64,000 nt of DNA from assembly GCA_963836075.1 (NCBI GenBank), contig CAWIIB010000009.1:322437-386436 (forward strand). The letters are read 5' to 3'. Shown in pieces: positions 8,676 to 19,726 of this stretch (position 1 is its first letter; every line of letters starts with the position of its first letter). The stretch comes from an uncultured Acidobacteriota bacterium (GTDB lineage Bacteria > Acidobacteriota > JAQAZP01). The notes beneath the pieces are model-generated. The model saw only the letters and a list, made by a program, of their open reading frames with translations, had not been told where the DNA came from and did no database searches. Made by a program: the position numbers and the translations under genes.

Positions 8676-9834
8676 ATGACTGAATCCAGAGAACCGGCGG
8701 TCCCGAAAACCGCACCCGGGGCCGCCGGCGACACCCCGGCGGACTCCCGACCTGGCGAAGCCGGGCCGGGGATACTGATGCTCGACGCGGCCACGGCGCA
8801 CTCGCCGGCCATCGCCGCCGAGTTTCAGCAGCAGACCCAGGTGGCGGCGAACACCGAAGCGCCGCTGGACGAGCGCCTGGAGGCCTACGAGGACATCTTC
8901 GACAGCGAGGTGGGCGACACTTCGCTGTCCCGCTCACGCAACATCGAACGCGAAGTGGGGCTGCGGCAGATCTACCTCAAGTTCGAGGGGGGCAACCCCA
9001 CCGGCACGCAAAAGGACCGCATCGCCTTTGCCCAGGCCATGGACGCCATGCGCCGCGGCTACGACGCGGTCACCGTGGCCACCTGCGGCAACTACGGGGC
9101 GGCCCTTGCCCTGGCCGCCACCATGGCCGGCCTGCGCTGCGTGGTCTACCTCCCCGAGGGGTTCCACACCCGGCGGGTGGTGGAGATGGAGCAGCACGGG
9201 GTCGGAGATCGTGCGGGTCAAGGGGGACTACGAGGCGGCGGTGGTCGCCTCGCAGGAGCGGGCGGTGAAGGACGAGATCTACGACGCCAACCCCGGCGGG
9301 GCCAACACCATGATCCAGCTCAAGGCCTATGGAGAGATCGCCTACGAGATCTACGACGAGCTGCGCGACGCGCCGGCGGTGGTGGCCGTCCCCGTTTCCA
9401 ACGGCACCACCCTCGCCGGGATCCACCGCGGGTTCGTCAGCCTCTACCGCCGGGGCAAGACCTCGCGGATCCCGCGGATGGTGGCCGGGTCGTCCCACGG
9501 CAAGAACCCCATCGTCCGGGCCTTTTTGAAGAACATGGCCAGTTGCGAGGACCTCGACCCCGGCCAGATCAGGGAGACGGCGGTCAACGAACCGCTGATC
9601 AACTGGCACGCCATCGACGGCGACCTGGCCCTGGATGTGATCCGCGACACCGGCGGCTGGGCCGCCGATGCCAGCGACAAAGCGATGCTCGCCTGTTCGC
9701 GCATGCTGCGCGAGCGGGAAGGGCTCAACGTGCTCCCCGCCTCCACCGCCGGCCTGATGGTGCTCATCGAGCGGCACAAGCGGGAAGCACTGCCCGGCGA
9801 CCGTTACGTGGTCGTCCTCACCGGAAGAAGGTAG
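8676..9834 (+). CDS. PLP-dependent enzyme of the tryptophan-synthase-beta/threonine-synthase fold. The reading frame is interrupted by a 1-nt insertion near 9200 (frameshift or sequencing error).
   Basis: LKFEGGNPTGTQKDR (PLP-lysine motif; compare threonine synthase NPTGSFKDR); VATCGNYGAALA. The frame switches from the 8676 frame to the 9028 frame at the GGGG run around 9197-9200. Confidence 0.6.
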
Positions 9835-9839
9835 GAGTG

Positions 9840-10952
9840 ATGAACAGTTTACCGGAAGGGAACGCAATCGTTTATTGCCAGGGCGCTTTTGGCACGCCCA
9901 ACGGCAAGACGGCCCACGGGCTGGTCCGCCGCACCGACCGCTACACGGTCCTCTCCGTGGTGGACGGCCGCCACGCCGGGCAGGACGCCGGCCAGCTGCT
10001 GGACGGTACCCCAAAAGGGATCCCGGTGCTCAAAAACATCGACGCGGCGCTGGCCCGGGCCGCTGCCGACGGCACACCGGCGACCCACCTGGTGATCGGC
10101 CTCGCCCCGGACGGCGGGCGCCTGACCCCGGCAGCCCGCACCGACGTGATGGCCGCCATCCGCCAGGGGCTCCACGTGGACTGCGGGCTGCACGACTTCC
10201 TCTCCGAGGACCCCGAGATCGCCGCCCTCGCCGGGCAGCACCAGGTGCGAGATCCGCGACGTGCGCAAGCCGCCGCCGATCAGCCGGCTGCACTTCTTCT
10301 CCGGCAAGATCGAGGAGGTCGACTCCCTGGTCATCGCCCTCCTCGGCACCGACTCGGCGGTGGGCAAGCGGACCACCGCCTGGCTTGCTGGTGGAAGCGC
10401 TGCGCCAGGCCGGGATCAGTGCCGAGCTGGTGGGCACCGGTCAGACAGCCTGGATGCAGGGGGTGCGCTTCGGCATCATCCTCGACTCGCTGGTCAACGA
10501 CTTCGTTTCCGGCGAGATCGAGCACGCCGTCTGGTCGGCCTGGAAGGAAGCCGCGCCCCGAGGTGATCGTCATCGAGGGGCAGGGCAGCCTGATGAACCC
10601 GGCCTACCCCGGCGGGTTCGAGATCCTCGCCGCCGGCCGGCCCGACGCGGTGGTCCTGCAGCACGCCCCGGCCCGGCGGGACTACGACGGTTTCCCCGGC
10701 TACCCGATTCAGGGCATCGGCAAACAGATCGAGGCGGTGGAGCTGATCTCCGGCAAACCGGTGGTCGCGGTCACCGTGAACCACGAGGGGCTGGACGAGG
10801 AGGGTGTGGCCGAGGCCTGCGGCTGGATCAAGAAAACCACCGGCCTGCCGGCCTGCGACGTGCTCACCGGCGGCGCCGGCCCCGTGGTCGAGGCGATCAT
10901 CGAGCAGATCGAACTGGCGGCCGCCGAAGAGGATGACGACGATGATGAGTAA
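9840..10952 (+). CDS. DUF1611-family protein. The reading frame is interrupted by three +1 frame jumps (about 10245, 10385, 10560).
   Basis: MNSLPEGNAIVYCQGAFGTPNGKTAHGLVRRTDRYTVLSVVD... continues across frames as ...RKPPPISRLHFFSGKIEEVDSLVIALLGTDSAVGKRTTAWL / LVEALRQAGISAELVGTGQTAWMQG... / EVIVIEGQGSLMNPAYPGGFEILAAGRPDAVVLQHAP... The family call is from memory of the DUF1611 N-terminal signature. Confidence 0.5.
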   Translation: MNSLPEGNAIVYCQGAFGTPNGKTAHGLVRRTDRYTVLSVVDGRHAGQDAGQLLDGTPKGIPVLKNIDAALARAAADGTPATHLVIGLAPDGGRLTPAARTDVMAAIRQGLHVDCGLHDFLSEDPEIAALAGQHQVRDPRRAQAAADQPAALLLRQDRGGRLPGHRPPRHRLGGGQADHRLACWWKRCARPGSVPSWWAPVRQPGCRGCASASSSTRWSTTSFPARSSTPSGRPGRKPRPEVIVIEGQGSLMNPAYPGGFEILAAGRPDAVVLQHAPARRDYDGFPGYPIQGIGKQIEAVELISGKPVVAVTVNHEGLDEEGVAEACGWIKKTTGLPACDVLTGGAGPVVEAIIEQIELAAAEEDDDDDE

Positions 10953-13326
10953 GCAGCCGGGCAGCGAAGGCAAACCGCTCGCGCCACTCCATACCCTGAG
11001 GCGGCTGGAAGTGGGTCCGGTGCGGGTGGAGCCGCAGCGGCTCATCGCGCCCTACCGGGTGGTCGGCGGCGGCGTGGAGGACGGATCTGGAACTGATCTA
11101 CCGCTACGAGGAGGAAGTCTTCATCCCCGATGACCCGTCCTCGCTCAACCTGGCCGGAATGATCGCCGCCCAGGTGGCCCTCAACTACGGCCTCTTCTGC
11201 GACGAGATCGTCTTCCACGGCCCCTTCGACCACCATGACCGCCGTTTCATCGAATCGATGGCGGCCAACACGGCCCGGGAGATCTATGTCAAGAAGTTCC
11301 TCCAGCCCAACCCCTTCCTCCGCGGGCCGGCAGCCTCGCTGCCAGTGGTGAAGCAGAAGAGCTACCTCCGGGCCCGGCTGGTCTTCCCCGACGCCCCGGA
11401 CCGTGAAGGGGCCCGGGCACCAAGTTACAGTACCGGCTGGGCCTCGGACCACGGGAAACACGCGGTGCTCTCCAGCGGCGGCAAGGACAGCCTGCTCAGC
11501 TTCGGCCTGCTCAACGAGATCGGCCGCGAGACCCACCCGATCTTCATCAACGAGTCGGGGCGCCACTGGTTCACCGCGCTCAACGCTTACCGGCACTTGG
11601 CAGGGAACGTTCCCGGCACGGCCCGGGTCTGGACCAACTCCGACCGGGTTTTCTCCTGGATGCTGCGGCACCTCCGCTTCATCCGGCCCGACTTCGCCAC
11701 GGTCCGCTCCGACGACTACCCGATCCGGCTCTGGACCGTGGCGGTCTTCCTCTTCGGCGCCCTGCCCCTGCTGCGCAAGCGGGGCATCGGCCGGCTGCTC
11801 ATCGGCGACGAGTTCGACACCACCCGGCGGCTCTCCTTCCAGGGAATCACCCACTACGACGGGCTCTACGACCAGAGCCGCTACTTCGACAACGCCCTGA
11901 CCCGCTACTTCCAGGCGCAAGGGCTGGGGGGTCAGCCAGTTCTCGGTGCTCCGGCCGCTCTCCGAGCTGCTGATCGAGAAGATCCTCGTCGAGCGCTATC
12001 CCGAGCTGCAGGCAGCACCAGGTCTCCTGCCACGCCGCCCACGCTGCGCGGGGACCGCGTCCTGCCCTGCGGCCGCTGCGAGAAGTGCCGCCGCATCGTC
12101 GGCATGCTCTCCGCCATCGGCGCCGACCCGGGCAACTGCGGGTACACGCCGCAACAGATCGAACAGGGGCTGGCGAGGTTCTCGGTGAAGAGCGTGCACC
12201 AGGAGAGCGACTGCGCCGAGCAGGCGCTCCACATGCTGGGAGAGCGGGGGTTGCTGGGCGGGACGGAGAAACCGGCCGTGACAACCCGGCCGCGGCCCGA
12301 GATGCTCAAGCTGCGCTTCGACCCCGAACGGTCGCCGATGGATGACATCCCGGTGGACCTCCGTGAGCCGCTCTACCGGCTCTTTCTTGAGCACGCCTCG
12401 GGGGCGGTGAGGCGCAGCGGGCGGGTCTGGCTGGACACCGATGCCCTCGACCCGCAGGAGCTGGGCAAGCCCTATCCCTTCGAGCACCGGCTGGCCGGAG
12501 GCAATGCTTCCGGCCGCCGGGCCAGCCGCAGGGCCGCTGACGGGGCCCCGAACCACATCCTGGCCGAGCTGAGCTGGCCCGCGGCCCAGCGAAGGCTGCG
12601 CGAAGTGGACGTGGCGCTGCTGCCGGTGGGGGCCATCGAGCAGCACGGGCCCCACCTGCCGCTGGACGTCGACGCCTGGGATGCCGACTATCTCTGCCGC
12701 CGGGTGGCCGAGAGCTGCTCCGCCCCGCGGCCGCTGGTCCTGCCCCTGGTGCCCTACGGCGTCTCCTACCACCACGACGACTTCAGCGGCACGCTGAGCA
12801 TCGGCCCGGACACGCTCTCCAGGCTGGTCTACGAGATCGGGATGAGCGCGGCGCGCAACGGGATCTCCAAGCTGGTGATCATCAACGGCCACGGCGGCAA
12901 CTCGCCGTCGCTGCACTTTGCCGCGCAGATGATCAACCGCGACGCGAGGATCTTCACCTGGTGGACACCGGGGAATCGAGCGACCACGACATCGACACCC
13001 TCACCGAGACGCCCAACGACGTCCACGCCGGGGAGGTGGAGACCAGCACCGCCCTGGCCACCCGCCCCGAGCTGGTGGACATGTCGGCGGCCCGCCGTTT
13101 CGTTCCCGAGTTCTCCAGCCGTTACCTCGACTTCACCTCCAAGCGGAGCGTCGGCTGGTATACCCGGGTGGCCCAGATCTCGCCCACCGGGGTCCTCGGC
13201 GACCCCACCGTGGCCAGCGCGGAGAAAGGCCGCAAGATATGGGACGTGATGGTGAAGAACCTGGTTGAGTTCGTCGAGGACATTCGCGAACTGAGCCTGG
13301 AAGAGATCTACCAGCGGCGCTACTGA
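10942..13326 (+). CDS. Multidomain fusion: N-terminal domain + PP-loop ATP pyrophosphatase (SGGKDS) + CGxCxxC zinc ribbon (QueC/TtcA-like) + C-terminal creatininase-family amidohydrolase. At least 4 frameshifts (about 11085, 11930, 12010, 12960).
   Basis: HAVLSSGGKDSLLSFGLLNE (PP-loop); PCGRCEKCRRIVGML (C-x2-C-x2-C, as in QueC CGECPAC); VALLPVGAIEQHGPHLPLDVD...INGHGGN...HAGEVETS (creatininase family). It overlaps the DUF1611 stop by 11 nt. Confidence 0.5.
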
Positions 13327-13349
13327 CCCGCGGCTGGAAAAGGAGCGAT

Positions 13350-14415
13350 ATGCGCATCACCGCAGTTGAGTCATGGCCCCATGCCCTGACCCTCGACGAA
13401 CCGTACACCATCGCCTACGAGACGGTGGACAAGGCGACCAACATATTTCTCCGCCTGGAGACCTCGACGGGGATCATTGGCTACGGCTGCGCAGCCCCCG
13501 ACGAGGCGGTGACCGGGGAGACGGAGGAGGAGGCGCTCACCGCGCTGCGCGAGGTCGCCGCGGCAACGCTGAAAGGCTCCGACCCGCTGCGGCATGCCCG
13601 GCTGATGGAGCTGCTGAAGAAGACGATGAGCGGCCGCCCGTCGGCGCTGGCCGCGGTGGACATGGCGCTGCACGACATTCTCGGCAAGGTCGCCGGCCTG
13701 CCGCTCTGGCGCCTGCTGGGCGGCTACCGTGACCGGATCCGGACCAGCATCACCATCGGCATCCTCCCGGTGGACGAGACGGTGGAGCGGGCGCTGGACT
13801 TCACCGCCCGCGGTTTCCGCTGCCTGAAGATCAAGGGCGGCCTCGACGTGGAGGAGGACGTCGACCCGGGTACTCGAGGTGCGCGAGGCCGTGGGCCCCG
13901 GTATCGAGCTGCGGTTCGACGCCAACCAGGGCTACTCGATGATCGACTCGCTGCACTTCGTCGACATGACCCGCTCGGCCAAGCTGGAGTTGATCGAACA
14001 GCCGACCCCGGTGGGCTCGCCCGACCTGCTGGGGCGGGTGGCCGGCCGGGTGCCGATCCCGGTGATGGCCGACGAGAGCCTGCTCACCCTGCGCGACGCC
14101 TTCCGCATCGCGCGCAACGACCTGGCCGACATGGTCAACATCAAGCTGATGAAGGTCGGCGGGATCGCCGAGGCGCTGCAGATCAATGCCGTGGCCCGCT
14201 CGGCGCGGCTGGAGGTGATGGTGGGCTGCATGGACGAAGCAGCCCTGGCCATCGCCGCCGGCCTGCACTTCGCCCTGGCCCGGCCCAACGTGATCTATGC
14301 CGACCTCGACGGCCACCTCGACCTGTCGGACGACCCGTCTGACGGGGCGGTGATCCTGAGAGACGGTACGCTGTTCCCCACCAACAGGCCGGGGCTGGGC
14401 TTTGACCTACCCTAG
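13350..14415 (+). CDS. Dipeptide epimerase (enolase superfamily, L-Ala-D/L-Glu epimerase-like). One frameshift near 13865.
   Basis: [52 protein letters not shown]...CLKIKGG... then, in the other frame, [19 protein letters not shown]...[13 protein letters not shown]...[10 protein letters not shown] (mandelate racemase/muconate-lactonizing-enzyme fold motifs). Confidence 0.65.
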
Positions 14416-16730
14416 AAGGGGAAGAAGACCGGCACCAGCACCACCATCAGGATCAGCAGGATGATGGTCAGCGGCGTGCCCACCTTGAGGTAGTCCGACA
14501 CCTTGTAGCCTCCTGCGCCCATCACCAGCAGGTTGGCCTTGTGCGAGAAGGGCGTCATGAAGGCCGCGGAGGTGGCCAGCGCCACCGCCATCATCACCGA
14601 CTGCTGGCTGATGCCCGCGTCCAGCGCGGCGGGCAGCACCACCGGAGCCATCAGCACCACCGCCGGGGCGCCGTCCAGGGCCTGGCTCAGGGCGCTGCCC
14701 AGCACCACCATTCCGGCCATGATCCCGTAGGGCCCCAGCGGCCCGGTCAGCGCGGTCACCGAGTCGGAGAGCAGTGCCGCCGCACCGGTGCGTTCGATGG
14801 CGATGCCCAGGGGCAGGATCGCGGCCACCAGGAAAACCGCCTTCCACTCCACCGAGCGGTAGGCCTCCTCCATGGTCACCGCTCCGAAGAGGGCCACCAG
14901 CGTGGCCGCGGTGAACGAGGCCACGTGTATCGGCATGTACCCGGTCACCACCATGGCGATCATCACCACCAGCGCGCCCACGGCCACCGGCGCCTTGCGG
15001 GTCCGGCGCTCCTCCTGGGCCGCCTGGGTCAGCACCACGTAGTCGGGGTGGGATCCCAACGCCCGGATCTGCTGCCAACTGCCCTGGACCAGCAGGGCGT
15101 CGCCCTCCCTGAGCCGCCGGCCGGCCAGCATGGTGTGGATCGCCTGCCCCTGGCTCCAGATGGCCAGCACCTGCAGCCCGGTCTTCTCGCGGAAGTTCAT
15201 TTCGGCCAGGGTCCTGCCCGCCGCCCGCGACCGTGGGGAAAGGGTCACCTCGACGATCCCCACGTCATCGGCCTGAATGCCGGAGCGGGTGATATCCCGC
15301 TCCAGCTGCACGTTGCCCAGGCTCACCAGCCGGCGGATCCGGTCGGTGTCTCCGGCCACCAGCAGCTGGTCCTCGGAGTGAATCCGCTCCAGCGGGGAAA
15401 CGGCCATCATCACCCGGTCCCCGCGGATGATCCCGGCCACGGTCAGGCCGTTCAGCTCGCCCAGGCGGGTCTCCCGCACCGTGGCCCCGGCCAGCGTCGA
15501 GCCGGAGTGCACCCGCAGCAGAAAGAGGTGCGACTTCAGTTCCCGCATGTCCGACTTGTCGAGGTGTGCCACCACCAGGTCGCCGGGGAACTCGGCCCCG
15601 TCCAGCTTCTCCGGCGCACCCACGGCAATGAGTTCGTCCCCCTCGCGGAAGGTCACCGCCGCCAGGTCGCTGTCGATCAACTCGCCATCCCGGCGGATAC
15701 CCACCACCTCCATGCCGTGACGGTCACGCAGGGTGAGGTCGCGCAGGGTCCGGCCGATGAAGCTCGAACCGGGGATAACGGCGGCCAGGATGCTGCGCAC
15801 GTAGCGGAACGCCTGGTCCAGGTCCTGCGGATCGGGCGCCGCCGGTGTCCGAAAGAGGTTTTGCACCTCGTCGTAAGCCCCCTCCACCAGCAGCACGTCG
15901 TTCTCCTCCAGCCGGGTGGCCGCCGTGGGGGTCAGGATCTTCTTGCCGCCCCGTTCGATGCTGACCACCTGCACCCCCAGGGTGTCGGTCAACTGCGCTT
16001 CACCGAGGGTCATTCCATCCAGGCCGGACCCGGGGAGCACGCGGATGGAGAAGAGCGACTCCTCGAGGTGGTAGACGCGGGTCAGGTCCACGGAGCGGGG
16101 GGCCCGGTCCGCGATGCCCTTGTCGGGGAGCAGCCAGCGGCCGATGGTGATCATGTAGAGGATCCCGCAGCCGAGCAGGATCGAGCCCATGGGCAGGAAG
16201 TCGAAGAGGGCGAAGGAGCCGAGGCCGCGGTCCCGCAGCATCTGGTCGGCGAGGATGTTGGGCGGGGTGCCCACCAGGGTCATGGTCCCGCCGAGGATGG
16301 CGCCGAAGGCCAGGGGGATGAAAAGCCGCGAGGGGCTGATCTCGGTCTTGCGGCAGATGCCGGCCACCGCCGGGAGCAGCACCGCCACGGCGGCGATGTT
16401 GTTCATGAAGGCCGAGAGCACGCCGCTGACCAGCATGATGGCGATGATCAGCGGCACCTCGCGGTTGCCGATCAGCTTGTGCACCCGCCCGGCGATGACG
16501 TCGGCCACCCCGGTGTGCAGCAGGGCCGCGCTGACAAAAAAGATCGAGAGCATGGTGATCACCGCCGGCGAGGCGAAACCGGTGAACGCCTCGGCCGGGG
16601 TGACGAAACCGGCCAGGGTGAGGATCACCAGGCCGATGAAGGCGGTCAGTTCCACCGGCAGCTTCTCGGTGAAGAAGAGCGCCGCCATCCCGGTGACCAG
16701 GACAAAAAGAAAGCCGATTTCCAGTGTCAT
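14412..16730 (-). CDS. SLC13/DASS-type anion permease with central tandem TrkA-C (RCK_C) regulatory domains.
   Basis: 772 aa. Permease halves at both ends (GTPPNIL...) and repeated TrkA-C-like segments in the middle (…[11 protein letters not shown]…VVSIERGGK…). Confidence 0.7.
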   Translation of the reverse strand: MTLEIGFLFVLVTGMAALFFTEKLPVELTAFIGLVILTLAGFVTPAEAFTGFASPAVITMLSIFFVSAALLHTGVADVIAGRVHKLIGNREVPLIIAIMLVSGVLSAFMNNIAAVAVLLPAVAGICRKTEISPSRLFIPLAFGAILGGTMTLVGTPPNILADQMLRDRGLGSFALFDFLPMGSILLGCGILYMITIGRWLLPDKGIADRAPRSVDLTRVYHLEESLFSIRVLPGSGLDGMTLGEAQLTDTLGVQVVSIERGGKKILTPTAATRLEENDVLLVEGAYDEVQNLFRTPAAPDPQDLDQAFRYVRSILAAVIPGSSFIGRTLRDLTLRDRHGMEVVGIRRDGELIDSDLAAVTFREGDELIAVGAPEKLDGAEFPGDLVVAHLDKSDMRELKSHLFLLRVHSGSTLAGATVRETRLGELNGLTVAGIIRGDRVMMAVSPLERIHSEDQLLVAGDTDRIRRLVSLGNVQLERDITRSGIQADDVGIVEVTLSPRSRAAGRTLAEMNFREKTGLQVLAIWSQGQAIHTMLAGRRLREGDALLVQGSWQQIRALGSHPDYVVLTQAAQEERRTRKAPVAVGALVVMIAMVVTGYMPIHVASFTAATLVALFGAVTMEEAYRSVEWKAVFLVAAILPLGIAIERTGAAALLSDSVTALTGPLGPYGIMAGMVVLGSALSQALDGAPAVVLMAPVVLPAALDAGISQQSVMMAVALATSAAFMTPFSHKANLLVMGAGGYKVSDYLKVGTPLTIILLILMVVLVPVFFPF

Positions 16731-16767
16731 GTGCGCTGCTCCATAACCACCTCCCGCCCCTGGCGAT

Positions 16768-19722
16768 TCAGAGCGTGGCCATCTCCGAGTTGTCGAAGTT
16801 GCGGCGGTAGAACTCCATGTACTGCACCTTGCGCTCCAGGGCCCTGATCACCGTACGGCTGAAGTTGACCCCGGTGAACTTCTGCGCGCTGCCCAGCCCG
16901 CCGGGGCTGAAGACGTTGATCTCCATCAGCTTGTCACCGACGATGTCCAGGCCCACCAGGAACATCCCGTCCTGGACGATCTTCGGCCGCACGATCTCCA
17001 CGATGCGCAGCGCCTCATCGTCCACTTCGGCCGCGGCCAGCTTGCCGCCGGCGTGGATGTTCGAGCGCATGTCGCCCCCGGTGCGCACCCGGCGGAAAGC
17101 GGCATACTTGCCCTTTTCGCGCAGCGGCTGCCCGTTCATCAGGAAGAGCCGCATGTCCCCCTGCTCCGCCGCCGGCAGGTACTCCTGGGCGATGACGTAG
17201 CCGTCGCGGCTCACCGCGTCGATCATCTGGTTCAGGTTCGGCACGTCGTCCGGCCGGACGAGGAAGACGCTCTGCCCGCCCGAGCCCTGGAGCGGCTTGA
17301 GCACGATGGTCCCGCCCTGTTCCTTGGCAAAGGCCTTGATCTCCGAGCGGTCGCGGGTGATCAGGGTCTGCGGCCGCACCTCCTCGGGGAACATCTGGAA
17401 GTACATCTTGCTCTCGGCCTTGGACAGGCCGTTGGGGTCGTTGACCACGATCACCCCGTGGCGCATGGCCAGCCGGCCGAAGAGGATCCCGGCGCTGGCC
17501 GCCCAGGGGCGGGACATGGCGTCGGTGGAGGGATCGTTGCGCAGCATCAGCACGTCCAGGTCGTCCACGGTGATCCGCTTCTTCACCGCAGCCTTCCCTT
17601 GCAGGTCCTTGAGGTAGGTTTCGCTGTTCTTGTATTTCTTCTTCGGCACGCTGGTGGCCCGGGCGCGGATCTGCTCGTCCGGGTCGTAGGCCAGGTCGCC
17701 CACCCCGATGACCCACGACTCGTGCCCCATGTTGATCGCCGCCACCGCCAGCCGGCTGGTGGTGTACCCGCTCTGCTCGGTCATCACGTCGTTTACGACA
17801 AATCCGATTTTCATTATTTTCGTCCTTTCCACGAGGTCGGTTACCGAAAGCCCGCCAGCCAACCTGGCCAGGCGGGAGGCGGTATCCGGCCGGTTCATAA
17901 ACTCAGGCGTCAGCGGCGGCTCGTGCAGCACGCGCCGCAGGGTCAGTTCCTTGATGATCGGTATGTGCTCGGTGGCGATCTTGCCGATGAACAGCGGTCC
18001 CAGCTCGCCGCCGCCGGCCAGGTGGTCCAGCAGTTCCGCCAGGCCGCGGAGATAGATGGCGTCCTTGCTCAGCCCGCCGCCGCGGTGCACCCGCATCACC
18101 AGGGTGAAGGCGGCGCGCTGCTCGATCTTCTGCTCGTCGCGGATCGTGCGGAAGTTCTCGACAAAGCTCGCGCCATCCACCATCTGCTTCACCGCCAGCA
18201 CCCGGGCGGCCAGCAGGCGCAGCCGCGGCCGGCTCAACCCGCCCACCAGGTATTCGGCCAGCACGGCCAGGCCCTCCTGCAGCGCCTCGTACCCGGCCAG
18301 ACCGGCGCTGAGCAGCCGCAACGGCTGGGACCGGCCGTTGAACCAGGTCAGCGAGTGGGTGCCGATCTCGTGCTGCAGCAGCGCCTCGGCCCGCCGCACC
18401 GGGATACTGCTCCCCGCGCCCACCATCAGCGAACCGCGGGAAACCATCAGGCCGCTGCCCATGTCCCGGCGGATCTCCACCCCGGCCTTGAACCCGGACC
18501 ACTTCCCGCGGTAACGGGCGATCTCCTCCCGGGCCAGGCCGGCAAACGCTTCCGCCGCCAGCCGGCCGCCCCCGGCATCATCCCGCGCCCGCGGGGGGAA
18601 CCGCTGCAGGATCTCGTCGGCCATGGCGCCCAGTTCGTCGCTCACCCTGCCGTAGATCTGCAGCCCCCCGTAGAGGAAACGCGGGGTGCCGAGGTCGCAG
18701 AGCATGGTGATCTGCCGGTCCAGCTCGTCCTGCTTCTGGCGGAAGATGCGGGCCAGCGTCGGGTCCTCCACCCGCTCCAGCGCGATGGCGTAAAGCCGGC
18801 GCTTGAGCGCCGACGGGTCCACCGGCACCGGCCGGTAGCGGAAGAGCGGCGCCCGCTGGAACCGGCCGCGCCGGAACACGTTCCACGCCTGGGCGGCATT
18901 GACCGGAGTGGCCTGGATCAGCAGGTCGAACTGCTCGGCCACTTCGGCCAGCAGCCGGTCCACCTGCCAGACCGCCTTGACCACCGCGTTCCGGCCCAGC
19001 ACGTGGAAGTGCCGGGGACGGTGGGAGGTGCAGGCGCGGCTGAACTCGAAGAAGGTGCGCTGCAGCGCCCGGCTCAGCTGGCGCCGCAGGGCGCGGAGCA
19101 CCAGCGGGTACTCCAGTCCGCTCACCGGGTCGCGGTAGACCGGGTTGATCTCGAGGACCAACTGGCTGCAGTTCAGTTCCGCGGCGTCGGCCGCGGGGAT
19201 CAGCGGGGCGAGACGACCCGCTGAGACAGATCGCGAACGAATAACCTCCACCTGGGCCCGGCGTTTCTGCAGACGGACCAGACGCAGCGACTTTTCCAGG
19301 ACAGCCACCGGGCCGTCGATGCTTTCGTCGCGCGGGGCGCGGAGCCGAAAAGCCGGCACCGGCCCTTCATCGGGGCCGAGACCGAAGCGGTCAGCGGGTA
19401 CGGCCCGGACTTCCAGCACCAGAAAGGCGCCGAACAACGGGCCGACGGTCCGCACCACCTGCCCGGCCAGGGCGGCCAGCCCCGGCCGTTGGCGGGTCAG
19501 GGTTGAGCCGATGAGGTAGGAGGCCTCGGTGGTCACCAGCTTCTCCGTCCCCTGGTCCGCTCCCATTTTTGGCTGGCGGTAGAGGCAGAGAAAGGGCAAC
19601 TGGCGGTCGACGTGCAAGCGCCCGCCTTCGGGCAGGCTCCGGCGGACCTGCTTGTTGGCGGCCAGACGCAGGCCCACCTGGGTAACCAGCCGGTCGGTGA
19701 TGGTTGTCTGCCTGGGGACCAT
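16768..19722 (-). CDS. Fusion protein. N-terminal DUF1704/MATCAP-like zinc metallopeptidase (HExxH and QEGLA motifs). C-terminal GshB-type ATP-grasp ligase (glutathione-synthetase family).
   Basis: 984 aa. LLQHEIGTHSLTWFNG (HExxH); YEALQEGLAVLAEYLVGG (QEGLA). The C-terminal 350 aa from MKIGFVVNDVMTEQ... to ...GLDIVGDKLMEINVFSPGGLG is prokaryotic GshB-like. An internal RBS+ATG (GAAAGGACGAAAATAATG) sits at the domain junction, yet the frame is continuous. Confidence 0.7.
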   Translation of the reverse strand: MVPRQTTITDRLVTQVGLRLAANKQVRRSLPEGGRLHVDRQLPFLCLYRQPKMGADQGTEKLVTTEASYLIGSTLTRQRPGLAALAGQVVRTVGPLFGAFLVLEVRAVPADRFGLGPDEGPVPAFRLRAPRDESIDGPVAVLEKSLRLVRLQKRRAQVEVIRSRSVSAGRLAPLIPAADAAELNCSQLVLEINPVYRDPVSGLEYPLVLRALRRQLSRALQRTFFEFSRACTSHRPRHFHVLGRNAVVKAVWQVDRLLAEVAEQFDLLIQATPVNAAQAWNVFRRGRFQRAPLFRYRPVPVDPSALKRRLYAIALERVEDPTLARIFRQKQDELDRQITMLCDLGTPRFLYGGLQIYGRVSDELGAMADEILQRFPPRARDDAGGGRLAAEAFAGLAREEIARYRGKWSGFKAGVEIRRDMGSGLMVSRGSLMVGAGSSIPVRRAEALLQHEIGTHSLTWFNGRSQPLRLLSAGLAGYEALQEGLAVLAEYLVGGLSRPRLRLLAARVLAVKQMVDGASFVENFRTIRDEQKIEQRAAFTLVMRVHRGGGLSKDAIYLRGLAELLDHLAGGGELGPLFIGKIATEHIPIIKELTLRRVLHEPPLTPEFMNRPDTASRLARLAGGLSVTDLVERTKIMKIGFVVNDVMTEQSGYTTSRLAVAAINMGHESWVIGVGDLAYDPDEQIRARATSVPKKKYKNSETYLKDLQGKAAVKKRITVDDLDVLMLRNDPSTDAMSRPWAASAGILFGRLAMRHGVIVVNDPNGLSKAESKMYFQMFPEEVRPQTLITRDRSEIKAFAKEQGGTIVLKPLQGSGGQSVFLVRPDDVPNLNQMIDAVSRDGYVIAQEYLPAAEQGDMRLFLMNGQPLREKGKYAAFRRVRTGGDMRSNIHAGGKLAAAEVDDEALRIVEIVRPKIVQDGMFLVGLDIVGDKLMEINVFSPGGLGSAQKFTGVNFSRTVIRALERKVQYMEFYRRNFDNSEMATL

Positions 19723-19726
19723 GGAT

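Noticed and set aside
8676-10952. Single 758-aa ORF spanning both the PLP-enzyme and DUF1611 genes.
   Set aside because: Conserved sequence jumps between frames (+1 at about 9200, 10245, 10385 and 10560). The continuous ORF is an artefact of frameshifts cancelling out across two separate genes (true boundary 9834/9840).
12961-13326. Stand-alone 121-aa ORF (MDTGESSDHD...).
   Set aside because: It is the C-terminal part of the creatininase domain of the 10942-13326 fusion, displaced by a 1-nt deletion in a GGG run near 12960 (true sequence ...IFTWWDTGESS...). It is not an independent gene.
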